Below, piece by piece: positions 59,811-64,000 of a DNA stretch of 64,000 nucleotides. The notes under the pieces are model-generated. The model was not told the DNA's origin and did no database searches. It saw nothing but the letters and a program-made list of their open reading frames with translations. Every line of letters starts with the position of its first letter. The first letter of the stretch is position 1. The position numbers and the translations under genes were made by a program. Source of the DNA: the human T2T-CHM13v2.0 reference genome, Homo sapiens; NCBI RefSeq assembly GCF_009914755.1, contig NC_060930.1. One strand, given 5' to 3'.

Positions 59811-60951
59811 AATTCACACAACAATATCTCTTCCAGTATGTGCAAGCAGGCAGGAGGTCTCTCCAGCCCAGCCCAGGGATGCTGTGTACAGGATCCATCA
59901 AAGTCCCTCCAGCCTGGCCTGGGAATGCTGTGTGCAGGATCCATTGAAGTTGTCTGAGGAGTGGCCAAGCCCAGATCTGGTCCTTCATATCTTCTGACAC
60001 CCGGGGGCAAACAGGGCCCTGCCCTCACGCAGATACCTCCTGAGTGCCAGATGAGGCTTTTCACTCCAGAACCCTTTTCCTCTGTGGGCCTGGTGGGCAC
60101 CAGGCTGCAGAAGCTTCTGTGCGGCCGTCTGTCAGCATCCATCTCCAACGCAGGTGGAATGCAGCTCCTTGTCAGGCTGGATTGTCCAGGCCACCCAGTG
60201 TCAGGGCCTAGCAGCTTCCTCAGGGCTGTGCAGCCTCACCACGTGCTGCCAAGTCTGGTCTCTGCCTCTGGTCATGCCCACTTCCCACATGGGAGGGTGC
60301 AGGTGCCACCCCGGACTCTGGTGCCATGGCCTCCAGCCACTCAAAATGCCCTGTGGAATGTGCCTGTGTGGGTTTAGTGTGTCTTGGTGCTTTGGCAACA
60401 TGAAGAGCTGTACATTCATTCTTTCTGTAGGAAGCACTTCATATGAGAGACAGAACTCTCTAGAACGCATGACGTACCTCTGAGAAATGGAGAAGACCTG
60501 ATTCACGCACACGACAGGTGTGATCGAAGGCACTCCAGGCACGAAAATGAAGAAGGAAACTCCAAGCCAGGGGCAGTACTTGTACTTCCTGAAGTTCACC
60601 AAGAATAAAACACGATACTCTTACTTCATGATACGGGTCTCTTTCAAAGACTCTAGTGCTCTACAGACACATTATTGCATTTAAGTTAACAAGATTCTAT
60701 TGGGTAGATACTGTCGTTGATAAATGTTTCTCAGTTTCCATCAGAAAACTGGGCTGTATGAGTTTTGGAGACTAGCCAAAAGTAACAATAAACCAAAAAC
60801 ACATCCTGCCTTCATTACCAGTGTCCACGAGGAACTGCTGTGTTAGGCAATTTAGTATATCGGAAAGCCCCTAGGCGCACTCTCCACCCTCCCTGCCCCT
60901 GTGTGAGTGGCGTCCACTGGGATGCCTTCTCTGCAGTGGTCACAGGGAGAC

Positions 60952-61298
60952 ACCATGGAACCGAGCCCCTATGTCCTGTGCACCACAACAGCCAGCCGTG
61001 ACCCACTCCCTCGTCCACGACCATGGAACCGAGCCCCCGTCTCCTGCACACCACACCAGCCAGCCGTGACCCCACTCCCTCGTCCGCGACCATGGAACCG
61101 AGCCCCCGTCTCCTGCACACCACACCAGCCAGCCGTGACCCCACTCCCTCGTCCGCGACCATGGAACCGAGCCCCCGTCTCCTGCACACCACACCAGCCA
61201 GCCGTGACCCCACTCCCTCGTCCGCGACCATGGAACCGAGCCCCCGTCTCCTGCACACCACACCAGCCAGCCGTGACCCACTCCCTCGTCCGCGACCA
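60952..61298. repeat. 69-bp VNTR, 5 copies
   Basis: ACCATGGAACCGAGCCCCCGTCTCCTGCACACCACACCAGCCAGCCGTGACCCCACTCCCTCGTCCGCG at 60952, 61020, 61089, 61158, 61227. Confidence 0.98.
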
Positions 61299-61527
61299 CG
61301 TAGGTCGGACACCTGACTGCCCCACAGTGTTTTTAACCAGAATTCATTTCTGGTGCCCTCTTCTCAGCTGAGGGTGCATTTCTGGGTGATTCTGTTGCCC
61401 TCTTTTCTCAGCTGAGGGTGCATTTTTGTCCTTGTCAGTTTTGTCTGTCTGAGACCCAAGATCTCTCTGGACCATGTGTCTCACCTGAGGGGCACAAGCC
61501 TGGTGGTGGATTGGCAGAGCAGTGACA

Positions 61528-61873
61528 CAGGTGAGCACCCCGATAGGAAAATCTGAAATCCAGAATGCTCCAAAATCAGAAATGTTTTGAGCCTCGACAT
61601 GACACCACAAGTGAAAAACTCCACCAGTCCTCATGTGATGGGTCACAGTCAAAACACAGTCAGCACTTTGCTTCATGCACAAATTATTTAAAATGTTACA
61701 TAAAATGACCTTCAGGCTATGTGTATGAAACATAAATGAATTTCATGTTTAGATTTGGGTCCCGTCTCAAGATATCTCATTATATATATGCAAATATTCC
61801 AAAATCCCCCAAAAAATCCAAAATTCAAAGCATTTCTGGTCCCAAGCACTTCAGATAAGAGACCCTCAGCCTG
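61528..61873. mobile_element. Tigger4/Zombi MITE (Tigger4b-like)
   Basis: Terminal inverted repeats CAGGTGAGCACCC / CCCTCAGCCTG; AAAATCTGAAATCCAGAATGCTCCAAAATC; TTCTGGTCCCAAGCA; ~345 bp. Confidence 0.85.
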
Positions 61874-63109
61874 TGCTGAAGTGGCTGCCGCTACCCCTAA
61901 AAGAGCAGAACAGTTTCTCACAAGCAAAGCCACTGGGACCCGGGGGATGGGGAACGAATCTCAACTAGAAGCCCCCTGTGGCACCGAATCTCACCGCCCG
62001 CAAGTCCCAGCCTGAGCAGTTTTCCCAGGCCTTCTGAAAGAAGGAAGGCTGCTGTATCTGGCAAGTCGGGGGAGGACTGTTAACCCGGGGGCCTGCTGTA
62101 ACTCAACGAAACATGGAGAGGAGTTCTGTGCCGACCCCAAAGCAACGCTTCTCCAACGCGAATGTGCAAGAAACCGCCTGGGTCTGCTTAAAATGCGCGT
62201 TTGGATTCAGGAGAAACCAGCACCCAGGTGGCGCCGAGGTCGACAGACGCTGGAATCTCATCCCTGAATTCTCAACGTTTGCTTCCCTCAAATAGACTTA
62301 GTAGAACGATCATGCGTAATACCTGACTCTATCACTATTCTGAAGACTGATGTGATGTTACATTTCGTATACTTTAAACGTGTTGGAAAACAGAAAAAAT
62401 GTAAGTTGTGATTGTGAAATGTATTATATGCTGGAATTGCTAGTCCCAGTCACTAAAATTGTGGCACCCCAAAGACACGAGGAGAGAAAGATTAAAAGTG
62501 AGACACTCCTCAGTCTTAGTTCTTGTATCTCTCTTTCCTGTTCCTTTATTTATTTCATCTCATGTTTCTCTTCATATGAAACCGTGTGCAAGGTGTAGCT
62601 GTACCCCCACCCAGGCCGGTGGAGAGACCCCGTCTTGTTTTGGAGGTTACCTGTGAAAGTCAATGATGCCAGCTACAGACAATAGACTGCATGTTTATTT
62701 GGAGTGACTGCATCAAACGGAAACCAAGGTCCTGTCTCCAGGCAGCCAGCTGCTCCCATCTGTCTGTGCCCATGGCACAGGTGGGGCCTTCCGTGGGCTG
62801 CAGCCAGCACCAACCAGTACATCTGGTTGACCACAACGGGCAAAAGTAAAACCTCATGCCAATAAATGACCAAATCAAAATAGAATTTCTTTTTCTGGCT
62901 GATCTCTGCCACACAAAAACCTATCTTCAGAATTGGCTGAGTCAAGCACCCAGCCTGCCCTTGTCCAGCCCCTGCAAAGGGAGGTAGGATGGAGCCATCT
63001 GGCATGGACCACATGCACTGGCCAGTGTGGTCTCTCTACCTCCTGAAGGCCAGCACTTTGAAAACAGCATTGCAGTTTCCGGCTCACACTAAGGAGTCAG
63101 TTTGCAGAT

Positions 63110-63420
63110 TCTGCTGGAGGACTGGCCACTATTCGAGATTCTGTAAGATATTCCAAGACATCGAACACATGGTTCCTGCCCTCAAAGAGCTTATAATCTA
63201 CTCAGGCACAAACATTAAAATGCACACAGCAACATAAGGCTAAATGTAACTACTGCTGGCTTACTCCATAGAACAGGCCCTAACTGCCGAAAAATCTCAG
63301 CTGGAGTAGAGGGATTCCTGCCTGGGGTAACAGTAAGCTTCCTATAAACTTATTCACAGCTGGGATCAGCTGAGCCTTGAAAAACAGATAAAATTTGACT
63401 CAGAAAGCACTTTTTCTGGG
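63110..63420 (-). mobile_element. LINE-2 remnant
   Basis: ACACATGGTTCCTGCCCTCAAAGAGCTTATAATCTA; AGCTGAGCCTTGAA. Confidence 0.6.
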
Positions 63421-63449
63421 TGGAACACAGGCAGTGACTGAGAATACGA

Positions 63450-63665
63450 AGTGTGTCTCTACTAAGCACTTTTACACATATTTATCTCGTTTAACCCTCA
63501 TAGCAGCACTACACACTTGGACCTGGACCTGAGAGAGCCCAGAACCCCAGTAGCAGCTATTATCCCCATGTTTCCAATGGGGAAAGAGTTCTGAGAATTT
63601 GAATCACCTCACCAAGGGGACAGAGGTAACGGCAGAGTCACGCTGACCAGCTCCAGAGCCACCGC
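63450..63665 (-). mobile_element. MIR SINE interrupted by a ~42-48 bp non-MIR insert
   Basis: CTAAGCACTTTTACACATATTTATCTCGTTTAACCCTCATAGCAGC, then the insert, then TATTATCCCCATGTTTCCAATGGGGAAA..CCAAGGGGACAGAG. Confidence 0.75.
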
Positions 63666-63742
63666 AGCCCACAGTTTCTATGTGACGCTTCGGCCCTTCT
63701 GCTGCTACTGGGGTTCTGGGCTCTCTCAGGTCCAGGTCCAAG
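63516..63742. repeat. Perfect 42-bp inverted repeat with 143-bp spacer
   Basis: 63516-63557 CTTGGACCTGGACCTGAGAGAGCCCAGAACCCCAGTAGCAGC is the exact reverse complement of 63701-63742. Confidence 0.98.
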
Positions 63743-64000
63743 ACCTAAAGAGAAATAAAACACTCTAAGTGATGTGGGCCAAGCCTCACATGAGTATTAC
63801 AAAACCAAAGAGGCTTCACAGTCCCCAGGAACCCTGCCCTGCTGCCGAAAACTGGCCACCCCGCGAGGGAAATGACACATAATTCCCTCCAATCTCATCA
63901 TTAGTGGCCTGCTTGGTTAGCCACGGCCAAAAAGAGGAAATCTCAGGGAAACATTCATTTCTTCTGCCCTAAGCCCTGCAGCCATGATTGCTTTTATAAG

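Overview
Human/primate genomic DNA (AluJ/S/Y, THE1, L1PA, MIR, L2 and MER repeats). It is GC-rich and unusually dense in minisatellites, as in a subtelomeric band. I find no credible protein-coding exon or structural RNA gene. The left 13 kb is a nest of transposable elements: a near full-length ancient L1 (L1MC/MD-like, ~505-6620), a truncated AluY, a full-length RPL12 processed pseudogene (7125-7747), and L1ME, MLT1A, L2, THE1, L1PA, MER47-like and MER3-like pieces. The rest is mostly unique non-coding DNA carrying about 20 tandem repeats. The largest are a ~5.8 kb array of ~110 hairpin-containing 52-bp units (20666-26457), a 54-bp array inside a 518-codon ORF (42259-42970) and a G4-prone 34-bp array (51063-52355). 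Several AT-richer islands carry PBX-HOX/MEIS/bHLH-type motif clusters and look like developmental enhancers. The most concrete oddity is a perfect 42-bp inverted repeat (63516-63557 / 63701-63742) whose left arm interrupts an ancient MIR, suggesting a recent template-switch insertion. I did not find convincing evidence of a new biological system. Repeat subfamily names come from recalled consensus sequences and need RepeatMasker/Dfam confirmation.
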